DNA of 50,854 nt from an uncultured Alphaproteobacteria bacterium (GTDB lineage: Bacteria; Pseudomonadota; Alphaproteobacteria; UBA9655): NCBI GenBank assembly GCA_905479605.1, contig CAJQNC010000025.1, positions 1-50,854 of the forward strand, given 5' to 3'. The notes beneath the pieces were generated by a model. The model saw nothing but the letters and a program-made list of their open reading frames with translations, was not told the origin of the DNA and ran no database searches. Position numbers and translations under genes: made by a program. Shown here one piece after another: positions 29,480 to 38,312 of this stretch; position 1 is the first letter of the stretch, and each line of letters opens with the position of its first letter.

Positions 29480-31453
29480 TTAAACATCCAAATTTTCTAC
29501 AAACTGAGCGTTCTCTTGGATGAAAAGGAAGCGCTTCTCTGGTTTTCGACCCATCAGATCATCCACAAATATAGTCAGTTCATGGGTCTCTATGTCCTGA
29601 GGGATATGGACACGAATCAGTGTGCGATTCCCTGCATCCATTGTTGTTTCTTTCAGTTGCCTTGCTGGCATTTCACCGAGGCCTTTAAATCTGCTGATAT
29701 CCACCTTGGAGTTGACCTTAAACTCTGACTTGAGGAGCTTCTCTTTGTGGGCATCGTCCCGGGCATAGAAACTTTTTCCCCCTTGGGTAAGGCGATAAAG
29801 AGGAGGCTGTGCGAGGAAGAGCTTACCGTGGTTGATAAGCGGCCGCATTTGCTGAAAGAAGAACGTGATCAGGAGAGAGGCGATGTGGGCTCCATCTACG
29901 TCGGCGTCGGTCATGATAATGACGCGCTCATAGCGCAGCTTGCTGACATCACAATCTTTGCCAATACCGCAGCCCAATGCTAAACACATGTCGGAAATTT
30001 CTTGGTTTGCGCGAAGCTTATCAGCTGTAGCACTGGCTACGTTCAATATTTTTCCACGCAAGGGAAGGATGGCTTGAGTTTTTCGATCGCGTGCCTGTTT
30101 GGCAGAACCTCCCGCCGAGTCCCCTTCAACCAGGAAGATCTCTGTTCCTTCTGCTGATTCAATGGAGCAGTCAGAAAGCTTTCCTGGAAGGCGTAGGCGT
30201 CGAGTGGCTGATTGACGATTGACTTCGCGCGATTGTTTGCGACTTAGTCGATCTTCCATGCGAGTCATAACGTGATGCAGAAGGGCTTCAGCAGCTTTGG
30301 GATTCTCTGTAAGCCAATGATCAAAGAAGTCTTTCACGGCTCCTTCAACCCATTTTGTAACTTCTACAGAAACAAGCTTATCTTTCGTCTGTCCCTGAAA
30401 TTGAGGGTCTCGTACAAAGGTAGATAAGAGGAAAGCAGCTCCGCCAAGGCCATCTTCCCCGGTGATTTGGCTCGCTTTCTTTTGACCAGTGCGTTCTCCG
30501 TATGCTTTCAGCCCCTTTAAAATAGCTTGTCGAAATCCATTTTCATGTGTCCCCCCATCTGGGGTAGCAACAGTATTACAATACGTAGATGAAAATCCGT
30601 CGCCAAACTCAGGCCAGGCAATGGCCCATTCCACGCGGCCGACTGCATCTTGAAATTTTGATTCACCTGAAAAGGGAGACTTGGTGGCAGTCTCAGTAGC
30701 ACCAAGTGATTCTTGGAGATAGTCGGACAAGCCTCCGGGGAAATGGAGTATTGCCTGTTGAGGGGTTGTATCTTCGGCTTTTAGAAGGGAAGGAGCACAA
30801 ATCCACTTGATTTGCACACCTTTGAAAAGATAGGCTTTCGATCGAGCAATCTTATAAAGTTTCTCAGGCTTGAAAGTATTTTGAGATCCAAAGATTTCAG
30901 GGTCAGCCGTGAAAGTTAAGCTTGTGCCTCGACGATTAGGCACAGGACCGACTTTGTCAAGGGTAGAGGTAGGATGACCTTGGCTGTATTCTTGACGCCA
31001 GAGTGTTCGATTCTGAGCCACTTCGATGATAAGCTTTGATGACAGTGCATTTACTACGGAAAGTCCAACTCCGTGCAAACCCCCGGAAGTTTGATAGGAG
31101 TTTCCACCAAACTTTGCACCAGAGTGAAGTGTCGTCATGATCACTTCGAGGGCTGACTTGTCAGGAAACTTCGGGTGGGGGTCAACGGGAATTCCGCGGC
31201 CATTATCACGTACGGTGATGGAGCCATCCTCATTAAGCTCTAAATCGATTCGACTGGCATGGCCGGCAACAGCTTCGTCCATAGCATTGTCAAGAATTTC
31301 AACTACCAGATGATGGAGAGAGCGCTCGTCGGTTCCGCCAATATACATACCAGGGCGGCGGCGAACAGGTTCGAGACCTTCAAGGACCTCGATATCCTTG
31401 GCCGAATAATCAGTAGCAGTTGAATCCTTCGTTTGGGCAAATAAATCACTCAT
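29480..31453 (-). CDS. parE: DNA topoisomerase IV subunit B
   Basis: GHKL ATPase (..LEGLEPVRRRPGMYIGG.., DNGRGIP) and Toprim (EGDSAGGSAKQARDR). At 657 aa from M34 it has the ParE size rather than the GyrB size. Confidence 0.85.
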   Translation of the reverse strand: MSDLFAQTKDSTATDYSAKDIEVLEGLEPVRRRPGMYIGGTDERSLHHLVVEILDNAMDEAVAGHASRIDLELNEDGSITVRDNGRGIPVDPHPKFPDKSALEVIMTTLHSGAKFGGNSYQTSGGLHGVGLSVVNALSSKLIIEVAQNRTLWRQEYSQGHPTSTLDKVGPVPNRRGTSLTFTADPEIFGSQNTFKPEKLYKIARSKAYLFKGVQIKWICAPSLLKAEDTTPQQAILHFPGGLSDYLQESLGATETATKSPFSGESKFQDAVGRVEWAIAWPEFGDGFSSTYCNTVATPDGGTHENGFRQAILKGLKAYGERTGQKKASQITGEDGLGGAAFLLSTFVRDPQFQGQTKDKLVSVEVTKWVEGAVKDFFDHWLTENPKAAEALLHHVMTRMEDRLSRKQSREVNRQSATRRLRLPGKLSDCSIESAEGTEIFLVEGDSAGGSAKQARDRKTQAILPLRGKILNVASATADKLRANQEISDMCLALGCGIGKDCDVSKLRYERVIIMTDADVDGAHIASLLITFFFQQMRPLINHGKLFLAQPPLYRLTQGGKSFYARDDAHKEKLLKSEFKVNSKVDISRFKGLGEMPARQLKETTMDAGNRTLIRVHIPQDIETHELTIFVDDLMGRKPEKRFLFIQENAQFVENLDV

Positions 31454-31565
31454 GGGCGCATTATGCTCATCTTGCCACCCGACTGCAAGTAAATCCAAGA
31501 GAATTAAGCATTTTTTAAGATCTTTTGTGTATGTTTCCCTAAGAACAAGCATGGAGGGTGGCAGA

Positions 31566-31949
31566 ATGGCGGCCCAAGAGACATTTAAAACTGCGTTGGA
31601 TGATCATTACCAGCGTGTGCAGATGCTGGAGGAAAGTCTTGCCGGTCAGGATCTGGTTTCCGATGAAGAGCTATGTACGTCTTACTGTACTTTTGGGACG
31701 TGGTTGCGGAATCAGGATGTCTCGTTGGAAAAAGGGGATGAAGAATTACTGAAACTCCAAGAGCTCCATGAAAACTATCACCGCGCTTTAGAAAAATTAA
31801 TTTGCCTGCATAATAAGGACTCCATCGACCAGGCGCGCTCATTTTATGAGGAGGAGTTTAAAGAACAGTCACTTAAACTTACAGCTGTTATGCTGCGATG
31901 GATCAACTTATTTAACCAAGAGGAGTTACGACGTCATGAAACTCTTTAG
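31566..31949 (+). CDS. Stand-alone CZB (chemoreceptor zinc-binding) domain protein
   Basis: H..(23 aa)..CTFGTW..(21 aa)..HENYH fits the CZB 3His/1Cys signature Hxx[WFYL]x21-28Cx[LFMVI]Gx[WFLVI]x18-27HxxxH, except at the 4th position. A GGAGGG Shine-Dalgarno precedes the ATG at 31566. Confidence 0.6.
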   Translation: MAAQETFKTALDDHYQRVQMLEESLAGQDLVSDEELCTSYCTFGTWLRNQDVSLEKGDEELLKLQELHENYHRALEKLICLHNKDSIDQARSFYEEEFKEQSLKLTAVMLRWINLFNQEELRRHETL

Positions 31950-32409
31950 CAAAATTTTTGAAAATGGTGGGAGCATTCCTGCAAAGTATAATTTTGACCT
32001 AGGGGATACAACGCTACCGCTTGTGTGGGCGGGTCTTCCAAAGGGCACAAAATCATTAGTCTTAGTTTGTGATGATCCCGATGCAGAAGTCGGCACTTGG
32101 GGGCATTGGGTATTGTTTAACATCCCTGCCTCAATGGGAGAATTACCTGCAACTGCTATGGAATTGCCCGATGACGTTCGAGTAGGAAAGAACCAGCTTA
32201 CACGCCATGAGTATGCTGGAACTAACGAGAAAGATGGCATGAATCGTTATTTCTTCTCGCTGTATGCATTGGATTGTGCATTGGGTCTGAAGGACGGCAC
32301 TTGCAAAAAAGAGATCTTCGAAGCCATGGATGGACATGTATTGGAAGAGGCGTGCTTGATGGGATTATACACAAAGCCCACGAGAAGTTCAAAAAAGACA
32401 AGTATTTAA
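31936..32409 (+). CDS. YbhB/YbcL-family PEBP (Raf kinase inhibitor-like) protein
   Basis: ..NGGSIPAKY.., ..LVLVCDDPDA.., ..WGHWVLFNIP.., ..RYFFSLYALD.. motifs. The start overlaps the CZB gene by 14 nt. Confidence 0.8.
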   Translation: MKLFSKIFENGGSIPAKYNFDLGDTTLPLVWAGLPKGTKSLVLVCDDPDAEVGTWGHWVLFNIPASMGELPATAMELPDDVRVGKNQLTRHEYAGTNEKDGMNRYFFSLYALDCALGLKDGTCKKEIFEAMDGHVLEEACLMGLYTKPTRSSKKTSI

Positions 32410-32423
32410 AAAAAGAGGTTTTA

Positions 32424-32888
32424 ATGAAATTAGCACTGGTTATAAGCTTTGTATTCATTGCATTTGGAGTGCCAGCTGATGCTGGGACAACCTCGAAAAC
32501 ATGTGCAGATATTGAAGGGCGATACTATTATGATGTGCAGCAAATAAAAACACTTATGAAAAATATGATTGAAGCTGCTGGTTCTGATAGTACTTTTGGG
32601 AAAGCTGTAAAAAAGAATTTAAAGATTCTAAAGGATGGTCATGCGACTTACCCTACGATTAAAAGTATTCATGAGGATCTTAAAGTGATTCAGCGGCCAT
32701 CTAAGGCTGAACCATTCTATAAGAATTTTGTAGCTCAAGTTGATAGTGCTGGCCAAAGGATTGATGAATGGAAGTCAACGAATACCAGCGGCAAAACGTG
32801 TAACCAACAAGAGTGTAAGGATTTTTTCAACGGGTGCTTGCTGGGTTACGAGTGCGTTAAGACCGCCACACCTCAAGATTGTAACTAA
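32424..32888 (+). CDS. Secreted hypothetical protein, cysteine-containing
   Basis: Sec signal (MKLALVISFVFIAFGVPADA), 154 aa and a Cys-rich C-terminus (CNQQECKDFFNGCLLGYEC..DC). An AGAGG Shine-Dalgarno is present. Confidence 0.55.
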   Translation: MKLALVISFVFIAFGVPADAGTTSKTCADIEGRYYYDVQQIKTLMKNMIEAAGSDSTFGKAVKKNLKILKDGHATYPTIKSIHEDLKVIQRPSKAEPFYKNFVAQVDSAGQRIDEWKSTNTSGKTCNQQECKDFFNGCLLGYECVKTATPQDCN

Positions 32889-32956
32889 AAGAAGGAACTT
32901 TCGTTTCAATTCTTTCTAGTAATTGAATTTTTACCATAGCTCTTATATAAAGGGCT

Positions 32957-34273
32957 ATGGATTTTCTTCCAAAGAACCAATTGTGGACTTATAGTTTCTT
33001 AGCGTTTCCGTTGGCATTCGCTGAGCTTCCCCTGTTTATCAATGTACCAAAATTTTACAATGAGTATATGGGTCTCACCCTTGCCCATATAGGCCTCATC
33101 CTATTTTTTGTACGTACATTTGATGCCTTGAAAGACCCGTTCTTGGGATACCTTGGTGACTACACCTACAAAGATAAGCGAAGTCGTTACCGATTCATGG
33201 CGACGTTTATTCCGTTATTTGTGCTGGCCTTTGTTGCTTTGTGGAATCCTCCTGTCATGATGGGGTATGGCACCACCGTGATATGGTTTGTTATCTGCCT
33301 TCTGGCTGTGCACTTGGCCGATGGAGCTATTATTATTGCCTATCATGCCTTGGGAGCAGAGATATCAACCGACTACAATGATCGTACCCGCATCACCTCT
33401 GTGCGAGAGAGTGTTCGTATTATTGGCTTGCTTGTAGCTGCCGTTTTACCGTCCCTTTTGGCAAGCTTTTATGGCCTCCCCTTTGCCTATGCCTGTTTTT
33501 CCTTCTTATTCGGTATGTGCTTGGTTGGGTTCTTTTTGTTTGCTTATTTCAAAGGTCCCAAAGGATTGCGCCAAGAAACGCATGAAAGGCAACATAAGCT
33601 TAGTTATTTTCATACCTTGAAGAATAAAGACTTCTTTTGGATTGTCCTGATTCACTCCCTCAACGTATTCGCATTTGCCATACCGACAGTTTTGTTTGCC
33701 TTCTTCGTAAGGGATATAGTGGGTGCACCTCACCTGGAAGGTGTGTTCCTTATGGTTTATTTCCTCTCCGGAGTGGCAGGGATGGTGCTTTGGTCTAGGG
33801 TAGCCCAACGAATAGGCAAGAAGCAAACTTGGTTGTATGCCCTTGTATTGGGTGCTGTAGCTCTATTTTTTGCAGTATTTATTCATCCTGGGAACATTAC
33901 TTATTTCTTTATCATTCTTATCGTGTTTGGAACCACCTTTGGAGCTGATTTAGCATTGCCACCCTCAATTTTAGCTGATGTCATTGATAATAGGCCTGAT
34001 CAAGAGCATGTCTCAACAGGATCTTATTTTGGGGTGTGGAATGTGACCGCAAAAATGTCTACAGCTCTCGCTCCGGGTTTAGCCTTTCCAGTGCTTGAAT
34101 ATTCGGGGTATGGCCACAAAGATTTGGGGAGTAGCTCATTATGGGTTTTGGCAGTGATTTACGCGGTGATTCCGGCAACAATCAAGCTTATTACAGCATT
34201 TCTTCTCATGATTTCACCTCTTGATCGTAAAAAAGTACAAATTCCTTGGGGTTTGGAAGAGAAAACGGTTTGA
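32957..34273 (+). CDS. MFS transporter, GPH/MFS_2-like
   Basis: 12 predicted TM helices and a ..RTFDALKDPFLGYLGD.. motif typical of the glycoside-pentoside-hexuronide family. Confidence 0.6.
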   Translation: MDFLPKNQLWTYSFLAFPLAFAELPLFINVPKFYNEYMGLTLAHIGLILFFVRTFDALKDPFLGYLGDYTYKDKRSRYRFMATFIPLFVLAFVALWNPPVMMGYGTTVIWFVICLLAVHLADGAIIIAYHALGAEISTDYNDRTRITSVRESVRIIGLLVAAVLPSLLASFYGLPFAYACFSFLFGMCLVGFFLFAYFKGPKGLRQETHERQHKLSYFHTLKNKDFFWIVLIHSLNVFAFAIPTVLFAFFVRDIVGAPHLEGVFLMVYFLSGVAGMVLWSRVAQRIGKKQTWLYALVLGAVALFFAVFIHPGNITYFFIILIVFGTTFGADLALPPSILADVIDNRPDQEHVSTGSYFGVWNVTAKMSTALAPGLAFPVLEYSGYGHKDLGSSSLWVLAVIYAVIPATIKLITAFLLMISPLDRKKVQIPWGLEEKTV

Positions 34274-34337
34274 CATATTTCAGTCTTTGGTTATATGTTC
34301 CAAACATTAAATACCGTTTTTAACTGGAAAGTAAATA

Positions 34338-34955
34338 ATGACCAAAAGAATTAGCGCAAAATACAAGATCGATCGCCGTTTGGGCGTCAACCTCTGGGGT
34401 CGTGCTAAAAGCCCATATAACACCCGCAACTATGGACCGGGCCAACATGGTCAACGTCGCAAGGGCAAGTTATCTGATTATGGTATCCAGCTCCATGCGA
34501 AGCAAAAGCTGAAGGGTTACTACGGCAGCATTACTGAAAAGCAATTCCGTCGTCTGTATGCCGAGGCTGTTCGTCTGCGCGGTGATACCGGTGAGAACCT
34601 TATTGGTCTATTGGAGTCCCGCTTGGATGCTATCGTTTACCGCATGAAGCTTGTACCTACTGTTTTCGCTGCCCGTCAGTTTGTAAACCACGGTCACGTA
34701 CTTGTGAATGGTAAGCGCGTCAACATTCCTTCTTATCAGGTGAAGCCTGGTGATGAGATTGAAGTCCGTCAGAAATCAAAAGAAATGCTGACTCTCCTCG
34801 TGGCTGTGAAGTCTGCTGAGCGTGACGTTCCTGACTATATCGACGTGGATCACAAGAAGATGCATGGTAAATATACACGTATACCTCTTCTTGCGGACGT
34901 TCCTTATCCCGTACAAATGGAACCCAACCTGGTTGTCGAGTATTACTCACGTTAA
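34338..34955 (+). CDS. rpsD: 30S ribosomal protein S4
   Basis: 205 aa with an S4 domain ([12 protein letters not shown]..). Confidence 0.96.
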   Translation: MTKRISAKYKIDRRLGVNLWGRAKSPYNTRNYGPGQHGQRRKGKLSDYGIQLHAKQKLKGYYGSITEKQFRRLYAEAVRLRGDTGENLIGLLESRLDAIVYRMKLVPTVFAARQFVNHGHVLVNGKRVNIPSYQVKPGDEIEVRQKSKEMLTLLVAVKSAERDVPDYIDVDHKKMHGKYTRIPLLADVPYPVQMEPNLVVEYYSR

Positions 34956-34978
34956 CCAGAAGATCACACTGATTTTCC

Positions 34979-35004
34979 AAAAGGGCGCTACGGCGCCCTT
35001 TTTT
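34979..35004 (+). terminator. Rho-independent terminator after rpsD
   Basis: AAAAGGGCGC-TACG-GCGCCCTTTTTT is a GC-rich stem with an A-tract on one side and a T-tract on the other. Confidence 0.8.
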
Positions 35005-35064
35005 GTTGCCTAATTTAAAAGAGGAGACCTAAGCTAACCTACAAGTATTAAACAGGAGATTCAT

Positions 35065-35550
35065 ATGCTTAACTTCAAAACCCTCGTCATTCTTTCAACA
35101 AGCCTCGTTGCTGCCTCTGCAACGGCAGGCTCCATTAAGACAAATGTAAGTGCTAAATTTCATAAGCTGGTACACGTGACACTGCATGCTCGTGCTGCGG
35201 GTACAGAAAAACCACCTATTCTGATTTTTGATCAGACTTTTCCCAAAACCCAACAAAACCAGGGTATAGCCAATAATACCGAGGCCTTAGAAATTTCCCC
35301 TGAGATTTTGCAAACAGAAGGCCCCATCGAGATTCTCTACAGTGATTTCGAGGCGCGTAAACTGATTCCTTGTACCGGGAGTATATCCCAGCAGCAGGGG
35401 GCAGATAAGCTCATGCAAATCAATGTGCAGATGGATTTCTCCCCTGATGGGATTAGCTGCATGGCTGCAGGTGAATATACAAAAATGTCCGAGCAAGAGA
35501 AGAAAGATGATGCTTCTCACGTTGCTCACTTAAAAGAAATTGATCAGTAA
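35065..35550 (+). CDS. Secreted hypothetical protein
   Basis: Sec signal (MLNFKTLVILSTSLVAASATAGS), 161 aa. I recognised no motif. Confidence 0.5.
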   Translation: MLNFKTLVILSTSLVAASATAGSIKTNVSAKFHKLVHVTLHARAAGTEKPPILIFDQTFPKTQQNQGIANNTEALEISPEILQTEGPIEILYSDFEARKLIPCTGSISQQQGADKLMQINVQMDFSPDGISCMAAGEYTKMSEQEKKDDASHVAHLKEIDQ

Positions 35551-35564
35551 GAAGGAAAATAAAT

Positions 35565-35816
35565 ATGTATAAATTGATACTGACAGTAGTCGGTATTTCA
35601 ACAGCTTCTAGTTTTGCTTGTGCGGAAATAAATACCAAGAAACTATGTGAAGGTTTAGGAGGTACTCCATATGAGGAAAAAGACGAAGGGAAAGAGATTT
35701 CGTTTTGTTCAATGAGCGTGAAGGGCAAAGAGTATGCCATTGGTCAGAATCGTCTTTACGGGGCTATTGAGAGTATGATCGAAGAGAAATTTACACCAGT
35801 ATCAACGAGGCAGTAA
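35565..35816 (+). CDS. Small secreted protein, DUF333-like
   Basis: After the signal peptide, ..CEGLGGTPYEEKDEGKEISFCSM..GKEY.. resembles the DUF333 pattern (C..GG....G...C). 83 aa. Confidence 0.45.
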   Translation: MYKLILTVVGISTASSFACAEINTKKLCEGLGGTPYEEKDEGKEISFCSMSVKGKEYAIGQNRLYGAIESMIEEKFTPVSTRQ

Positions 35817-35818
35817 AT

Positions 35819-35993
35819 TTACTTCCTCTGTTGTACTTTCTCGTACACATCATGCAAGCCTTCTATATTGACCTGAGTATAGATCTGAGTTGTCGAAAGT
35901 GATGAATGTCCTAGCAGCTCTTGAATCTTACGCAGGTCTCCTCCTGATGCCAGCAGGTGTGTGGCAAAGCTGTGGCGCAGGGCATGGGGGAAG
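35819..35993 (-). pseudogene. Displaced 3' remnant of xerC (last about 57 codons, own stop codon)
   Basis: It reads [56 protein letters not shown]. The intact gene reads [17 protein letters not shown]...YEKAQRR*. Confidence 0.85.
35838..35990. repeat. Direct repeat, copy 1 (xerC 3' end)
   Basis: These 153 bp are identical to 36676-36828 except at 35949 (G vs A) and 35983 (C vs A), aligned by eye at a constant offset of 838. Confidence 0.9.
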
Positions 35994-36016
35994 GGCTAAC
36001 AACCTTTAGCCCTTCC
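35989..36016. other. Perfect 11-bp hairpin at the inner junction of the xerC remnant
   Basis: GGAAGGGCTAA-CAACCT-TTAGCCCTTCC. Confidence 0.7.
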
Positions 36017-36079
36017 TATGCGAAATGAAGAACAATCCGTTTTGTTCAATAAGCTCAAATGGTAAGGTGTATGCAACGG

Positions 36080-36598
36080 TTAGTTTTCACGATCATCAAC
36101 GCACTTTACTGAAGAATTATTGAGAACCGAGCACTGATATACTACTTTATCTTTATCCTTGCATGTAACTACCGTACCATCACCCCCCTTACCTTTTATT
36201 TCACATTCGTATTTATTACTTCCGCTAGGATCTACATCAGGATACATAGAAAGCTCTGGTGCAAAAGCAACTAATCCTTCAATAATGGGGTACTTACATT
36301 TTATGGCCACGAACGGGCCTTTTGGGGCATTTGTAACATAAGTCAAAATAATGTTAGGATTACCTGTGAACAGCTTTTTACTAGGTGTAAGAGGTGTAGA
36401 CAAACTAATCCAAGGACTTTCTTCAAGACTTAGCTTAGCATCATCAGTTATAGCAACTTTCACTTCATCCAAAGTGGGGCAAGTATAAGTAGTTTTTCTT
36501 TCGATTTTCTTATATGAATCCTTCTCAGTGGCTTGAGTTTGAGCTGTCGCTGAAAATGCGATGAGGGCCATGGCAGGTGCTATTAATAGTTTCATCAT
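36080..36598 (-). CDS. Secreted hypothetical protein, cysteine-containing
   Basis: Sec signal (MMKLLIAPAMALIAFSATAQT), 172 aa, 6 Cys. It lies between the two xerC-tail repeats. Confidence 0.55.
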   Translation of the reverse strand: MMKLLIAPAMALIAFSATAQTQATEKDSYKKIERKTTYTCPTLDEVKVAITDDAKLSLEESPWISLSTPLTPSKKLFTGNPNIILTYVTNAPKGPFVAIKCKYPIIEGLVAFAPELSMYPDVDPSGSNKYECEIKGKGGDGTVVTCKDKDKVVYQCSVLNNSSVKCVDDREN

Positions 36599-36659
36599 TT
36601 GTTAGTTCTCCGTCAAAGTTATTCTCATCACATCATTTCAGATAAAGCTTAAAATATTC

Positions 36660-37613
36660 TTAACGGCGTTGCGCCTTCTCGTACACATCATGCAAGCCTT
36701 CTATATTGACCTGAGTATAGATCTGAGTTGTCGAAAGTGATGAATGTCCTAGCAGCTCTTGAATCTTACGCAGGTCTCCTCCTGATACCAGCAGGTGTGT
36801 GGCAAAGCTGTGGCGCAGGGAATGGGGGGTAAGGCTATCAGGCAAACCCAGCTGAACTTTCAGCTTGGCTAACTTCTTTTGAGCCACACCAGCATTTAAC
36901 CGAGCTCCTCGACTTCCGACAAACAGCGCTTCTTCACTGGTGAGATCGAAAGGGCAAGCGCTGCGGTAGACCGCAATCTTCTCTAAGACTTGTGGAAGGA
37001 GGGGAACCATGCGTTCCTTGCCTCCTTTGCCTTTGATTACAAGAGACTGTGTCTCTTCAACCTGCTCAGAAATATCCTGGCCATTGAGACCCAGTGCCTC
37101 AGATATGCGTAATCCAGCACCATAGAGCAACGTAAACAGCGCCTGATCCCGTAACCCTTCCCAGGTTTCAGACTCCATACTGGTCAGAGCTTGAGCTTCT
37201 TCAATAGCTATCGGATGAGGCAACAGCTTCTCTAGTCTTGGAGAGGAGATCACTTGCAAGGCTTGCGTGGTTTCAATTCCATTCTGGTTTAGGAATTTAA
37301 AGAAAGACTTCAGTGTCGACAGCATGCGTGCATTGGAGCGTTTACTCACGCCCTCTTTCACGCGAGAAGTTAGGAAGCTGCGTATGTCCTGAGCCGTTAA
37401 ATCCTGCAGCGAGGATAAGGATGCCAGTTCGCCTATGTGAAAATGCATGAACTCAAAAAAGATTCGCAGATCGGTAAAATATCCATGCAAGGTATGAAGT
37501 GAGAATCGCTTCTGTAATAAGAGCTTGTCGTGCCACTTCTGTAACCAGGGCTTCAGGTCCTCATTTGTATAGGCCTGAGCCTCAGCCAAACGGTGAGCGA
37601 CTTTCTCTTCCAT
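36660..37613 (-). CDS. xerC: Tyrosine recombinase XerC/XerD family
   Basis: Core-binding N-domain (..SLHTLHGYFTDLRIFFEF..) and catalytic R..HxxR..Y (..[10 protein letters not shown].., ..[12 protein letters not shown]..). The XerC versus XerD assignment is tentative. Confidence 0.8.
   Translation of the reverse strand: MEEKVAHRLAEAQAYTNEDLKPWLQKWHDKLLLQKRFSLHTLHGYFTDLRIFFEFMHFHIGELASLSSLQDLTAQDIRSFLTSRVKEGVSKRSNARMLSTLKSFFKFLNQNGIETTQALQVISSPRLEKLLPHPIAIEEAQALTSMESETWEGLRDQALFTLLYGAGLRISEALGLNGQDISEQVEETQSLVIKGKGGKERMVPLLPQVLEKIAVYRSACPFDLTSEEALFVGSRGARLNAGVAQKKLAKLKVQLGLPDSLTPHSLRHSFATHLLVSGGDLRKIQELLGHSSLSTTQIYTQVNIEGLHDVYEKAQRR
36676..36828. repeat. Direct repeat, copy 2 (within intact xerC)
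   Basis: See 35838-35990. Confidence 0.9.
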
Positions 37614-38269
37614 TAGAGAATGGATTGGCCGGTGGACTTCCAGTCAGCCATAAACATATCAATTCCCTTATCGGTGAGGGGGTGCTTATACAGCTGATGC
37701 AGAACCTTAGGCGGTAACGTCACCACATCAGCACCAATGCGTGCCGCATCAATCACATGCAGCGGATGACGAATGGAAGCTGCTAGAATCTCTGTGGTAA
37801 AGTTGGGATAGTTATTATAGATCTCAGCAATCTGGCCGATGAGGTCCATACCATCGTGACCAATGTCATCCAAGCGACCGAGGAAGGGAGAGATAAATGC
37901 AGCTCCCGCTTTAGCTGCCAGTAGGGCCTGTCCTGGTGAGAAACACAATGTCACATTGACCATCACTCCACGATCTGACAAGGTCTTACAAGCTCGCAAT
38001 CCTTCGGGTGTCAATGGAACCTTAATGGTGATATTATCTCCCATTGGCAGGAAGGATTCGGCTTCTTTGATCATCCCATCATAATCGAGAGCTGTGACTT
38101 CTGCGGATACGGGGCCATCCACCATGTCACAAATTTCCTGAATGACTTGACGGATGTCGCCTCCAGATTTAGCAATAAGAGAAGGGTTGGTCGTTACACC
38201 ATCAACCAAGCCCGTAGGCATTAATTCGCGGATGTCGTTGACGTCGGCAGTATCAAGAAAAAATTTCAT
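37613..38269 (-). CDS. tal: Transaldolase (short, fructose-6-phosphate aldolase-like type)
   Basis: [13 protein letters not shown].., GVTTNPSL, ..ITIKVP.. (Schiff-base Lys). 218 aa. Confidence 0.9.
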   Translation of the reverse strand: MKFFLDTADVNDIRELMPTGLVDGVTTNPSLIAKSGGDIRQVIQEICDMVDGPVSAEVTALDYDGMIKEAESFLPMGDNITIKVPLTPEGLRACKTLSDRGVMVNVTLCFSPGQALLAAKAGAAFISPFLGRLDDIGHDGMDLIGQIAEIYNNYPNFTTEILAASIRHPLHVIDAARIGADVVTLPPKVLHQLYKHPLTDKGIDMFMADWKSTGQSIL

Positions 38270-38312
38270 GGGTTAAGATCCTTTGAAGATGAATTATTGA
38301 AGGGATTATAGG

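Noticed and set aside
31452-31565. N-terminal extension of the CZB ORF (ORF track starts at 31452). There are similar upstream extensions for the PEBP (31846), secreted protein (32274), coq7 (28913), ABC lipoprotein (13620), parE (31552) and recQ (46061) ORFs.
   Set aside because: The extensions overlap neighbouring genes or lack sense as protein. Internal ATGs are preceded by Shine-Dalgarno sequences and give canonical N-termini or signal peptides.
36599-36675. A dif-like XerCD recombination site next to xerC that could explain the duplication as an IMEX-type integration.
   Set aside because: I could not find a 28-bp dif-like imperfect palindrome (..ATAA-N6-TTAT..) at either repeat boundary. 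The repeats are coding sequence of xerC itself.
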